Positions 42,040 through 54,956 of a DNA stretch of 64,000 bases are shown in pieces. The notes below the pieces were generated by a model, which saw nothing but the letters and a program-made list of their open reading frames with translations, ran no database searches and was not told the origin of the DNA. The DNA is taken from assembly GCF_006345805.1 (NCBI RefSeq), contig NC_042997.1, forward strand, positions 155,434,001 to 155,498,000. The letters are read 5' to 3'. The DNA comes from Octopus sinensis. Lineage: Eukaryota. Position numbers and translations under genes: made by a program. How positions within the stretch are numbered: the stretch's first letter is position 1; every line of letters starts with the position of its first letter.

Positions 42040-42840
42040 GCACCTCGCTCTCGGACCCGACGAGACCTCCCGCTCGTTCCTGGGACCGTCGCTTGTCGTT
42101 GGGTTTTCCCACGCCCGTCTCCGCGGGACCACTCTTCCATCTTCCCCTCAGCTGGAGTCCTTTTTCCTTAACCCCCCTTTTTTACACACACGCGCACACA
42201 TATACACACATTGCTTAATATATACTTACTCTTACTCTTACACACATTCAATCTACTCGCCATTAATACTACCACGACACTGGACACACACACACACTAC
42301 TACTCAACACACGCTGGCACGCTACATACGCCCCCACCCCTTCCCCTCCCTCCCTTCCTCCTTCCTTCTTTTTCTTACTACTGACCACTGTCTGCTATGC
42401 CTACTACTGTCTCGCCCTACCTCACACGCCTACACACAGACGCACACACTAACACATACATATATTTTTTGTTTTTTATCTCGCCTCACACACACACATA
42501 CACACACGCACACGCACACACTCACACATACACACACATCTGTTGCGTTACCAACCTTGTCTCCACTCTTTTGGCTTTAAAAACCTACTTTGCTCTTGTT
42601 ATCGTAAACTTCCGCCTTTCACCATGTGTAACTCGTAAACACCAGTCGTTTTTTTCTCTATCTCCTGTTGCCCGCTTTGGGATCTTTCTTTCCTCTCTCT
42701 TCCTTCTTTATGTTTCCGACGAAGAGCTCCGCTCGAAACGTCGTACCTTCCTGCTTCCATTTCCTGAGCGCCTATTAATAATAATACTGTAATTGTTCCA
42801 TTGTTGTTTTTTTTTTGTTTTCCCGTTTGGATTAAAATTA
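42040..42840 (+). mobile_element. Penelope-like pseudo-LTR or non-autonomous element ending in (TA)n
   Basis: The 3' roughly 190 bp match 55673-55870 in reverse and contain a hammerhead motif. Confidence 0.6.
42712..42746 (+). ncRNA. Minimal hammerhead variant with CCGACGA core (HHR-2)
   Basis: GTTT-CCGACGA-A-GAGC(TCC)GCTC-GAAA-CG-TC-GTAC. The triplet is GUC and stem I is weak. Confidence 0.55.
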
Positions 42841-42873
42841 TATATATATAATATATATATATATTATATATAT

Positions 42874-42910
<37 letters not shown>

Positions 42911-42912
42911 TA

Positions 42913-42977
<65 letters not shown>

Positions 42978-42987
42978 TATATAGAAG

Positions 42988-43039
42988 GAGCTTCTACAGG
43001 ACTAGAACTGTTTCATTCAGAGAAATCTTCAGGAAGCTC
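42988..43039 (-). ncRNA. Type I hammerhead ribozyme (HHR-3); inverted copy on the plus strand at 43046-43096
   Basis: GAGCTTC-CTGAAGA-TTTCTCTGAAT-GAAA-CAG(TTCTAGTC)CTG-TA-GAAGCTC: 7-bp stem I, 4-bp stem III, GUA triplet. Confidence 0.75.
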
Positions 43040-43202
43040 ACTGAAGATTCCTGAAGATTTCTCTTGAATGAAACAGTTCTAGTCCTGTAGAAGCTCCTTC
43101 TATATAATAAATTAATTTTACTCCGCTATGTATTGAGTACCTTATTTACTGTGGTTAACCCCGAATCAACCCGGGACCTACTATATATATATTATATATA
43201 TA

Positions 43203-43276
<74 letters not shown>

Positions 43277-43297
43277 TATATACATATATACATCTCC

Positions 43298-43354
<57 letters not shown>

Positions 43355-43409
43355 TAAAACACCAGAGATACCCGGTGTTGATAGAGATTAAAATGGCATA
43401 GCTGTTTAT

Positions 43410-43735
43410 TGTTTTACTTGTTTCAGTCATGTGACTGCATCCATGCTGGAGCACCGCCTTTAGTCAAACAAATCGACCCCAGGATTTATTCTTTGTAAGT
43501 ACTTATTCTATTAGTGTCTTTTGCCGAACCGCTAAGTTACATAGACGTAAACACAGCAGCATCAGTTGTCAAGCGATGGTAGGGGTACAAACACAGACAT
43601 ACATACACACACACACAAATATACACATATATACGAAATCCACTTACAAGGCTTTGGTCGGCCTGGGGCTATAATATATTCATACATACATACATGCATA
43701 CATACATACATACATACATACATACTCTACACCAC

Positions 43736-43789
<54 letters not shown>

Positions 43790-44205
43790 ACTTTTTACTG
43801 TTTCACTTGTTTCAGTCATTTAAGTGTGGCCATGCTGGAGCACCGCTTTCAGCTGAAGAAATCGAACCTTGGACTTATTCATTGTAAGCCTGGTGCTTAT
43901 TCTATTGTTCTCTTCTGCTGAACCTCTAAGTTATGGGGATGTAAACACTCCAACATTGGTCGTCAAGCTATGGTGGAGGGACAAACACAGATACAAATAT
44001 ACACACATAAATATATACTACATACATATATACATATATATAGGACAGACTACTTTCAATTTCCATCAACCAAATCCACTCACGTAACTTGGTCAGTCCA
44101 AGTATACAGGAGATAACACTTAGCCAATGTGCCACGTAGTAGAGGACTGAAACCGGAACCATGTGGTGGGAAGCAAGCTTGTTGTACCAACAGCCACACC
44201 GCACC
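43410..44205 (-). mobile_element. Two tandem SINE family A copies
   Basis: Tails at about 43410-43470 and 43795-43850, and a head at about 44140-44205. Confidence 0.8.
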
Positions 44206-44276
44206 TTATATAATATATATATATAATTATATATTATTATATATATATATATAATATATATATAATATATATATAT

Positions 44277-44316
<40 letters not shown>

Positions 44317-44492
44317 TATATATATATTTATGTGAAATAGAAGATGAATAATCTGTAGTAGATTAACAATCAAAAGTTTAACCGATACCTTGTAGCACAA
44401 ATCACAGCACAACACATAACAGCACGGTTGGAGGTACAACCATATTGGTGTTGCAACCGTGCGTTGGTGCGGATAATTGAAATTAAAATATT

Positions 44493-45297
44493 ATTGGTGA
44501 ATTGAAGAAATGGAGCTGACGCAGATTGAACAGAAATCGTTTTATTTCATTCTACACGTGTTTCGAAAGGCACAATTTACCAAAATCCGATTGAATAATG
44601 GGACCATATTGGTCTTTTCTCTTCAGGAAGAAATAGGAATCCTTTGGAAAAAACAAAAACAGAACAGAGGCGGGCAAAACAAATCGAACTAGGCTCCTAA
44701 GAGCCCATGGCGAACTGTTATTCAGTGTATGTTGAGAACCGGTGGCTGAAGAATTTAACGGGTCAGGCATCGGTCAATCATGTTGGTGAGGGTGTGTAGA
44801 TGTTCTTTTTGACCGAGAATAAAGTTCTGACTATTTAAGGAATATTGGATGTTTTATAAGGGGCGAGAAAAAATCTACTTAGAGACGTGTGTGTGACTGT
44901 TTTCTATATATGTTGTTTGGCTGTCGTAGGGGTAGAAAACATTTTTTGTGTACGTGTGTGCGTTTGATCGTTCGGCTGTCAGTGGCTACTGCAGTGAGAA
45001 CCGTTACCCACATGATTGACCGATGCCTGACCCGTTAAATTCTTCAGCCACCGGTTCTCAACATACAATGATAAACAGTTTCGCCATGGGCTCTTAGGAG
45101 CCTAGTTCGATTTGTTTTGCTCCGCCTCTGTTCTGTTTTTTTTTTTTCCAACGAGTTTTCCTATTTCTTCCTGAAGAGAAAGACACAATATGGCCCATTA
45201 TTCAATCGGATTTTGGTAATTGTGCCTTTCGAAACACGTGTAGAATGAATAAAACGATTTCTGTTCAATCTGCGTTCAGCTCCATTTCTTCAATTCA

Positions 45298-45303
<6 letters not shown>
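44493..45303. mobile_element. Foldback element in (TA)n with inverted arms of about 295 bp, each carrying a hammerhead
   Basis: 44493-44786 is an imperfect reverse complement of 45008-45303. Confidence 0.85.
45162..45251 (+). ncRNA. Type I hammerhead ribozyme with a long stem II (HHR-4); inverted copy at 44543-44635
   Basis: TTCTTC-CTGAAGA-GAAAGACACAAT...ATTGTGCCTTTC-GAAA-CACGTG-TA-GAATGAA. Stem II pairs 11 of 12, stem III is the palindrome ACACGTGT and the triplet is GUA. Confidence 0.8.
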
Positions 45304-45372
<69 letters not shown>

Positions 45373-45624
45373 CACTCTCTCTCTCTTTTACTCTCTTTTT
45401 ACTTGTTTCAGTCATTTGACTGTGGCCATGCTGGAGCACTGCCTTTAGTCGATCGAGCAAATCGATCCCAGGACTTATTCTCTGTAACCTAGTACTTAAT
45501 TCTTTCGATCTGATTTGCCGAACCGCTAATTACGGTTGACGTAAACACACCAGCATCAGTTGTCAAGCGATGTTGGTGGGGACAAACACTGACACACAAA
45601 CATATACACACACACCATACATAG

Positions 45625-45670
<46 letters not shown>

Positions 45671-46015
45671 TTATACCACATACACAAATATATATAGATA
45701 TACATACACACACCTGTATATATACACACATACGTTTATAATTTAAAATTATAATTAAGGGTATCTAAAACTTGTTTCCAAAACTTGACTCTAAAACTGC
45801 ATTAAATGTTCATATGAACATTTGATGTGGTTTTAGAGTCAAGTTCTTTCGGCTATATCTACCATGGTGGTATCTCTTAGATACCCTTAATTGTAATTTT
45901 AATAATTATTACCTTTGAGGTTTTTATTCCCATGCTGGCCAGTATTTTAAAAAACGATCTTATCCTTATTTATATAAATTCCCATACATATCTATATATA
46001 CATATATATTTATAT

Positions 46016-46084
<69 letters not shown>

Positions 46085-46150
46085 CATTTATATATACATA
46101 TATATATACGTACATACATATAAATATATATATATACATATATATATACA

Positions 46151-46197
<47 letters not shown>

Positions 46198-46209
46198 GGA
46201 TATATATAG

Positions 46210-46894
46210 ATGGATTCTCCGAACTTTCAGAACAAGAGAGAAGGAGACACTGATGGTCCTATGGAAAACATTTGTCCTCAGCCGCTTGGACTACTGCTCC
46301 CAACTTTGGTCACCACACAATATAAAACAAACAGCAGAACTCGAAGCAACTCAGAAAGCTACACAATGAAAATCGTCTCAATGCAAATGTCAGCTACTGG
46401 GAAAGACTGAAGGTATCAAACCTCTTCTCCCTGGAGCGGAGGCGGGAGAGATATGCAGTAATATACATCTGGAAAATCCTGGAGGTCTTATCCCCAAACT
46501 TTGGCATTCAAAGTTACTCCAACCGCAGAACGGGGCGCCGCTGCGTGGTGCCAAGGATTCCAACATCACCATCAAAATACAGGTCCAGATACTGCAACAG
46601 CTTGGGGTTTCAGAGGACCACAGCTTTTCACACATCCTCCCTAAATGCCTGAGAGACTTACATGGTGGTGTGGATGTGGGTTTTCTTTAAACTAAACTGA
46701 TCTCTTCTGTTGGAATTCCAGATGAACCTACCTACCTCACGACAGGAGACGCGGATGCTGGCAGCAGCATCGAACTCCCTTTTTGATCAAGTGCCCACGT
46801 ATCAAGGTGGATTCACAAACTAGTGTGGCCTCATTCCGGTGGTGCCCCAGCATGGCCGCGCCTTCGGGCTAAAACTTTTTTTAAGGATTTAAGG
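46210..46894 (+). mobile_element. CR1/L2-group LINE 3' fragment with its 3' tail
   Basis: Reads LWKTFVLSRLDYCSQLWSP...SYWERLK...SLERRRERYAVIYIWKILE and ends GGTGCCCCAGCATGGCC...TTTAAGGATTTAAGGA. Confidence 0.85.
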
Positions 46895-46987
46895 ATATAT
46901 ATATCTATATATATATATATATATACATATATACATATATGTATATACACACACAACATACTTACATACATACATACAATCACACAT

Positions 46988-47018
<31 letters not shown>

Positions 47019-47169
47019 ATATATATTATATATATTATATATATATTATATATATTCTATATATATAAAATACACACAATATTACATATATAAAAATGAT
47101 GTTTTTGGGGGTTTTGTTTAGAGAAAGAAATTGTTTTTTTTTGCTTTTTGAGGTGAGGTTCCATGACAA

Positions 47170-47298
47170 TGTAATAGATTGATAGAGTATGTAGGTAGAT
47201 AGATAGATAGACAGATAGATAATAGATAGATAGATAGATTAGATAGATATAGATAGATAGATGATAATAGAATCGATAGATAGATAGATAGATAGATT

Positions 47299-47375
<77 letters not shown>
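47170..47375. repeat. (GATA)n microsatellite; also at 52961-53019 and about 54975-55018
   Basis: Directly visible tandem repeat. Confidence 0.95.
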
Positions 47376-47376
<1 letters not shown>

Positions 47377-48244
47377 GGGAGAGAGAGAAGGGGAATCCGC
47401 CTTTCTTAACACCATCCATTTATTTATTTAGTCATGTGTTCAAGGAAGCGGTTTAAGGGTGGTGATCTCTTAAAATAAAGGTGTGGTGTGGTCATTACTG
47501 AAAGTCTTTTTGCTTCTTTCTCTCTTTCCTACTTCTTCCTTTCTTTCTTTTTCCTTTTCTTCCCTTTTTCTCCTCTTTCCTTCTTGCTTCATCTTACTTT
47601 CTTTTTCTCGTCTTTGAGTTATATTTAGAATACAAAATGTACTGTCTCCGATTTTCTTTCAAACATTCAATTTTGGAGAGAATTTTTTGATGAAATGCAG
47701 TTCTGAATATTTTGCAGAGATGAACCACATTTGGAATAAAACATTCAAATTCTCCGGTTTACCTTCAAACATTCAGTTTTACAGAGAATCCCTTGATGAA
47801 GTGTGTGTTGGAGAGGAACATGTCCATGCTTATACTGTGTAACTTCGAAGTTTTGCATGGAAAAACAAAATCACGCTTCTTTCATTTTGATGTTTTTGCA
47901 TTAGAAAACATAAGTATAACACTTAAAACTGGAATAACAGGCAAAGCTCAGAGCATCTCAATACCACACTTATACACCTGAATATTTACAGAGATGAGCA
48001 TTATGTTTCCGATATTTGAGTTATATTTAGAATAGTTCCTGGCTTTGTGCAAAATAAAATACATTAGATTCATTTAATTATGATTTTATCCAATATATTC
48101 CTCTCTCAGATTCACACACTTATTGCAGCAGTCTTTCAGTTTTTCTAAGTACTGTGAAAGAACTCAGAAGGTTGGCTCCAACCATGCCTTTCGCGACACC
48201 CTTAAAACCAAGAACTTTTTCAGCACCCCGTTGTAGTGTTTGCA

Positions 48245-48595
48245 GCATTCAATTTTGGAGAGAATTTTTTGATGAAATGTAGTTCTATTGCTTTTCGGCA
48301 TTGCGGATCGTCCCGTGCGCATTTGTAAAAGAGAAAAGATTTTTTTGAATTTTCCGTTGCTGCATATTTCCAGATGCTTACTTAATGGAATCTTACGTAA
48401 TCTCTCTTGCCGGATATGTTGCCTGTGGATTCTTGCACGTTAGCAGAGGGAATTATTTGTTTCGCCAATATAATTTTCTTTGCAGGTTGGGCAGGTAATG
48501 CAGTATATGGAGTTTTGCGTTTTGCAGTTCATATCTGCATTTATTTTGAAAAAGGATCTGCTCTTGAATTTTATGTGGGAACCACTCTCTGAGTA
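48245..48595 (-). pseudogene. Penelope-like element GIY-YIG endonuclease fragment
   Basis: Reads NCKTQNSIYCITCPTCKENYIGETNNSLC*RARIHRQHI...PLSKHLEIC: GIY-YIG with CxxC and conserved His residues. Confidence 0.88.
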
Positions 48596-48882
48596 TTTAA
48601 AGTTGTCTATCTATCTACCTATCTACCTACCTATTTTTCTATCTATCTGTCTCCATTGTCATAGAACCTCACCCCAAAAACAAAAACAATGTTCTCCGCT
48701 TCTAAACACCCCCCCCCCCCCAAAAAAAAACATGTTTTATATAAATGAACAAGCAGTTTGTACATTCACAAAATTCTATTTGACAAGTTCGAGAAACGAA
48801 CGAAGGCGCTAATAATAATGCAGAAATAAAAAAGATTTTTCCCCAACAATTCTGGCGACTTTTTTCTCAATATATATATATC

Positions 48883-48951
<69 letters not shown>

Positions 48952-49202
48952 CAGGAAATATATGTAAATTATGAGTGAAGAGTCTCATTTTGTGAATTAG
49001 AGATTTTAAAAATGTAATTAAAACAAATTTATTAAACTTCCAGATCCCTTTGTGACTTTTGGTTCATCCTATATAAACGAGTGGTGACATTTCAAAAGAT
49101 ACTAAAAAAATGTATCTTTCCAGACTACTGGATACGAGGAATGAACTCAAACAAAAAGAAAGAATACTCTTCATTAATTGTTAAAAATAGAAAACTAGGT
49201 TG

Positions 49203-49424
49203 TACGAGGGGGTGCTGAAAAGTTCCTGGCTTTGCGCAAAAGAAAATACATTAGATTCATTTAATTATGATTTTATCCAACATATTCCTCTCTCAGATTC
49301 ACACACTTATTGCAGCAGTCGTTCAGTTTTTCTAAGTACTGTGAAAGAACTCAGAAGGTTGGGTTCCAACCATGCCTTTCGCGACACCCTTAAAGCCAAG
49401 AACTTTTTCAGCACCCCGTTGTAG
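49203..49424. mobile_element. Mariner-type MITE; copies at about 27127-27330 and 48035-48234
   Basis: TACGAGGGGGTGCTGAAAAGTTC ... GAACTTTTTCAGCACCCCGTTGTA. Confidence 0.8.
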
Positions 49425-49714
49425 TGTATGCAGCAAGTGTGACGCTCTTGGTTTTGAACAACTACAAGAAATAAGTTATCATGTGAGTTGTGTAGTCTTA
49501 ATCTAATAGGTGTAGCAGTTAGTAGTGAAAAGGCAATACATTTTAATAAAAGAGTTTGTTTTTTTATTAAGTACAAAAGTAGTGAAGCCCAATTCAGATG
49601 TAAACAAAGAAAATCAATGAAACAGCTGATAAAAAAAATCGAAAATGTAGCATATGTATGTCACTGAAAAATGACGAAACGAAAACAGCCGAAGTTTTCG
49701 AAAACTATATAATA

Positions 49715-49930
49715 TTAGTTTTAAGTTTTGGCACAAGGCCAGCAATATCGGGAAAGATGGTAAATCGGTTACAGCGATCCCAGAGCTTAACTGGTACTCA
49801 TTTTATCGAACTCAAAAAGACGAAAGACAAAGTCCACTCCGGCGGAATTTGAACTCAGAACATGAGGACGGACGAAATGCCGCTAAGTATTTTGTCCGGC
49901 GTGCTAACGATTCTACCAGCTCGCCGCCTT
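49715..49930 (-). mobile_element. SINE family B
   Basis: Collinear with 36460-36690. Confidence 0.8.
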
Positions 49931-50179
49931 AGAAGAGTATGATATTGTGCACAAAATTAACCCATTCACAGATATTTTTTATAATACTGAACAGTAAAAA
50001 CAAAAAGTGATCTTAACTTGGGGTTCGTTCTGCACTCTTGTAAATGCGAAAGATAGTGAGGCAAATGCGAAAAATGGTGGTGAAAAATATAATTTCTAAA
50101 CAATCTGAAACACTTTATTATGATTGTTGATTCAACTTCACTTAATAGCAAAACTCGTCTTATAGTTTACTTGCTATAA

Positions 50180-50407
50180 AAGCGTTTCCCAGATGATGCA
50201 GCCTTGATTTCTGAAGTCACGTCGTGGTTGGAGGACCAAGCTGGGGTCTTCTACAAAAACGGTCTCCAGAGCTGCATCAAACGATGGGAGAAATGCGTAA
50301 CTCTGGGTGGTTCCTATGCAGAAAAAGACTAATAACTGTGCCAAGTTTCGTTGCTCTACTGCAACGGGAAGTGGGTCAGGGGCATTACTTATTGAACGCC
50401 CCTCGTA
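50180..50407 (+). mobile_element. Mariner transposase C-terminal fragment with right TIR
   Basis: Reads KRFPDDAALISEVTSWLEDQAGVFYKNGLQSCIKRWEKCV and ends TTATTGAACGCCCCTCG-TA. Confidence 0.85.
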
Positions 50408-51173
50408 GCTGCCGAATCTTTCTACCCAATACCCGTCAATTTCAACTTAGAACATTTAAGAATTAGTTCAAAGGCAAACTTATACATGATGGGTTTCTAA
50501 GTAGAATATGTATTCGTGGTTTTTCAACGTGATACCACCTAAATATTAGGAATGAAACCAGAGGCTGCAAAACTCTGTACATTGCCGTATCATTATATTC
50601 CGTTTCGTGGGGAGGACAGTATATTCAAAACGGAGAATAAAATGGATACAAAAAAAAGAAAAACGAGAACGAAATTCGTGAAGACTCCCGACTACCTCAA
50701 TGGATGTTCCAAACTATGGGGACTCGTTCGAAGAGAGCCAGAAAAAGATGGAAGAGGTATTAACCAACCTGGATGAGAGCCTTCACATACTTCTAGGAGG
50801 CTTCAACATTCCTTGTGTCCTTTCGGGTATGTAACTGCATGAATGAAGGGAAGTAAATTGTGGGGATGCGAGGGGTGCGGACAATCAGGTTGGAGGCGGT
50901 GGGGGAGACGGGAGGAGGAGATGAGGTCATGGACAATGGAGGACGCAGTGTGTTGGTAGCTGGGCGTGGGGTCGGAGGGCAGAGGATGGCGAAATCGGTC
51001 TACGATTAATTCTGTATTTTGTATATTTTCATCTGTCTTACCCGCTTTTGTTCTAGTGTTTGCTGAAAATCTCTGGAGAACATTCTTTTCTTTGTAGTTA
51101 GATCGTAGATGATATTCTTCTAGCATATTGGATGTCCACTTGGTGGTCGTCCCTTATTATATGTTTATATATA

Positions 51174-51676
51174 TCTATATATATAAAACTGTAGTTGTGT
51201 GAGTGTCTGTCTCCTACGATTTAGATTCCTAACTACTCCCACATTTTGCGGTGCAGTTTAACCAAATTCGGGTATCTTATATTCGTGATTCATATCGAGC
51301 CCGTCTGGGTATTAGCGCGCGTATACGATGAGCCTACGATTTAAAAATAATTTAACATCATTTTTTCCATTTTAACGCATATTTTTCGTGTGTCGATGGC
51401 GGCGGAGTTGGCGTCCATGGTCACACCTGCACCTGTGTTGCTTCTCCCCCTTCTCCCCTCCTCGTGAAGCTGTGGGAAGGGAGTGTAAGGAAATCAACGT
51501 CGTAAAGTTTGTCAAGGAGACCAGCGTTCTTTTAAACAACGACTTCATGGCTTGAAGACATCAAAATTACCATCATTTTTTATTCCATTTTTAATGCATT
51601 TTTTGCTATAACTCACTAAAAATGCTTATATAATTATTTCCCTTACAAACCCGAGCAACGCGGGCGATACTGCTAG
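51174..51676 (+). mobile_element. Non-autonomous Helitron
   Basis: A|TCTATATATATAAA start, subterminal hairpin CCCGAGCAACGCGGG, CTAG|T end and no TSD. Confidence 0.82.
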
Positions 51677-51683
51677 TATATAT

Positions 51684-51796
<113 letters not shown>

Positions 51797-51798
51797 AA

Positions 51799-51836
<38 letters not shown>

Positions 51837-52029
51837 TATGTATATATATATATACACATATACATACCACCACACATATATATACACCATATATATACAT
51901 ATACAATATATATACATATATTGTTTATATATATTATATATATATATGATGTATAACATTATATATATTGTTTTATTATATATATATATATATATGTTAT
52001 ATATATATATATTATAATATATATATATA

Positions 52030-52240
52030 TATGAGAGTAGAAAAACAGTCAACAACTGATGAAGGGTCGTTCTTTATATTGTTTGTCTGGTTTTCCATTT
52101 ACGTCCTTCGTTGTTCGAAAAAATAGTTCATATTCCATGTACTCGTACTTCGTATTTTTTGTTGTACACGTTCGTGACGTCCTGTTCCCACACTATGCAT
52201 ACATATATATGTTTGTATGTATATGTATGTATGTATAGAT

Positions 52241-52306
<66 letters not shown>

Positions 52307-52507
52307 TATATATATATACAGACACACATATATATGTATGCATATGTGGGAACAGGACGTCACGAAACGTGTACAACAAAAATACGAAGTACGAGTACAT
52401 GAATATGAACTATTTTTTCGAACAACCAAGGACACAAATAGAAAACCAGACAAACAATATAAAGAACGACCCTTCATCAGTTGTTGACTGTTTTTCTACT
52501 CTCATAT
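52030..52507. mobile_element. Foldback element with inverted arms of about 160 bp around a (TA)n spacer
   Basis: 52030-52191 is an imperfect reverse complement of 52345-52507. Each arm has a CTGATGA motif. Confidence 0.85.
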
Positions 52508-52800
52508 TTCTAACATTTAGCAACAATATACTCTTTCGATAAAATAGTTGCTTCTGCAAAGCAAATGAATCAAAATTTAGGATTTTGCGGAGGGTCAAAA
52601 TTGATAACACAAACAGGACAGTGGAGACAAACAGGAAGGGCTGCTAAGCCTAATGGAGGTTGTGTTGGCGAACGCATAAATCAAGCTTGGACAGGAGACA
52701 GACAAGAACACGTCTTCCTTGTTCCAGCTACAACGGAGAGAAAGAAACACAAATTAAGAGAAGAAAGAAAGATGGCCGATGGTCATATATATACACACAC

Positions 52801-52833
<33 letters not shown>

Positions 52834-52960
52834 TGTATGTATGTATGTATGTATGTATGTATGTATGTATGTGTGTATGTATGTGTGTGTATGTGTGTGT
52901 GTGTATAAATCTTTCTCTTTACCTCTCTTATACCTACTGCAAGTTATCTACATATCTACC

Positions 52961-53021
<61 letters not shown>

Positions 53022-53670
53022 GCAGACAGACGGTAATTTGGTGGGATGTGTCTAATAATTTCACCTCGTTACTATCCACTTCCCTTGTGAAACCGCTTAG
53101 ATACGTTTCTGTATCTTCGTAGTATTTTATGTTAGAAATACTATAACTGTATACCAGGAAATGATTTATTTCTTTAATAACACTAAATGAATTCCGTTTG
53201 TAGTAATTAGAATAATTGTATAACTGTATTGTCACTTTGACCGTGCATTTTGCAAAAAATTTTAACAAGTAATTTAGTCGACTGTTTGGCGTTGGTTAAT
53301 AGCGGCAGTTTTATTTACACAGGCCTACCACAAGTATATATGAATGTCAATTAAAAAAAATTTTTTTTAACCAGTGATACTTCAATAATTATTGATGGTC
53401 TGTCAAACTTGGGTTTAAGGTCGTAGAAATGTGAAAGTAAATTGTCCTAAAGTAGACAAGTATATTGTAATAGAAACCGAAAGGATGACAGTGACATCTC
53501 CAAATGCCTTAAAATGGATACTGGGAATTCCCTCATATTATCACGTCCACAGATACCAACGTGTATAGTACCTTCTAGTGATATGTTAAGTATTTTAGAA
53601 GTAGCAGCTGAGGTACACTGTTTCAACGTACTATACCCAGTAACGAACACCACTGAGAAGGGATTGTTTA

Positions 53671-54012
53671 TCTCTCTATATATATAAACGGTAAAATGTC
53701 TGTGTGTGTGTCCTTTATACAAATCCACAATTTTTCAGTTAAAGGGCTCGCACTTTCTATGGTCATTCAAAACTGTCCAAGGGTGGTCGTGCACATCTTT
53801 ACATTTCCTTAGTCACACTGCAAAGCCATTAAAAATTCAATAGAAGTGACTTTTTTGTGAATTTTCTATCCAAAACCCAATCAAAATGCCCGAAACTTGA
53901 TACGCCAATTGAATGCCAGCTAGCTGTATGTGATTGGTCGGAGATTTGGACAGTACTCGCGTGTATGCATGCACTAACACTATGACCCAGCAACGCCGGG
54001 TCATAGTGCTAG
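53671..54012 (+). mobile_element. Non-autonomous Helitron, second family
   Basis: A|TCTCTCTATATATATAAA start, hairpin TATGACCC...GGGTCATA and CTAG|T end. Confidence 0.82.
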
Positions 54013-54666
54013 TCTTATATAAAAATATGTTCGGTTTTCATGTTATATTAAATATATGCTCGTTCTATGCATTCATTGTTTACATGAGGGATGTTACTAT
54101 CATCACTTGCAGTTTCTATTGTAATTCCCCTTTATTTATTTTTAGAACAATTTACTTCCATGTTTTTTGTACGACCGTAATCTACATCTTAATTCAAACT
54201 TGTACCATTATGTAAATGAACTGTTCCTGTTCGCGTTTTTTTTTTTTCATTTCAATAAATACTGTCCCGTTACACTTTCTAGGCGCCTTCAGATGGAAAG
54301 TAAACGGATTTTGGTGAGTTGCAGACTCACAACGAAACCAGTCGGTCCGATCTTCATGTGAATCTGCCGAGAAAGCCTTTATGATGTATAGATATGGATA
54401 TGATACTGTATATATATTTATTTATAATCATCGCTGTATGTTCGCTAGTTATTCACACTGCTAAACATTGGCTTATGCATGATGAGTTTAATGTAGTATG
54501 GCCCCTAAGTATAAGGTAAAAGCAGGCTTAATGAGGAAGCCAGTCAAAGGGGCTGACGCTACGTTGTCGATAGATCTGCTAGAAATAGTAACCAAATCAT
54601 CCTCAAATCATACCCACTATTTTACATTTGAAATATATATATATATACATATATATACATATATAT

Positions 54667-54893
54667 GTAAGGAAAATTTTTTTAAAAATGCAGAATGCTC
54701 AAATGAAAGAAAATTTTAATAAAATGAGAAATTGATAAAATATATAAATATATATTATATATTTTATCAATTTCTCATTTTATTAAAATTTTCTTTCATT
54801 TGAGCATTCTGCATTTAAAAAAAATTTTTTCCTTACTTATCATTTCTCCACGTGCGGTCAACACAACCCCACCATTTATTGATCTATATATAT

Positions 54894-54956
<63 letters not shown>

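Noticed and set aside
45743-45900. Hammerhead in this palindromic element
   Set aside because: The minus strand has GAAA and a plausible stem III but no CUGANGA-like core or matching stem I.
54300-54352. Hammerhead-like hairpin-GAAAC-GUC
   Set aside because: Stems II and III are plausible but the 5' core and stem I are missing. At best it is a decayed copy.
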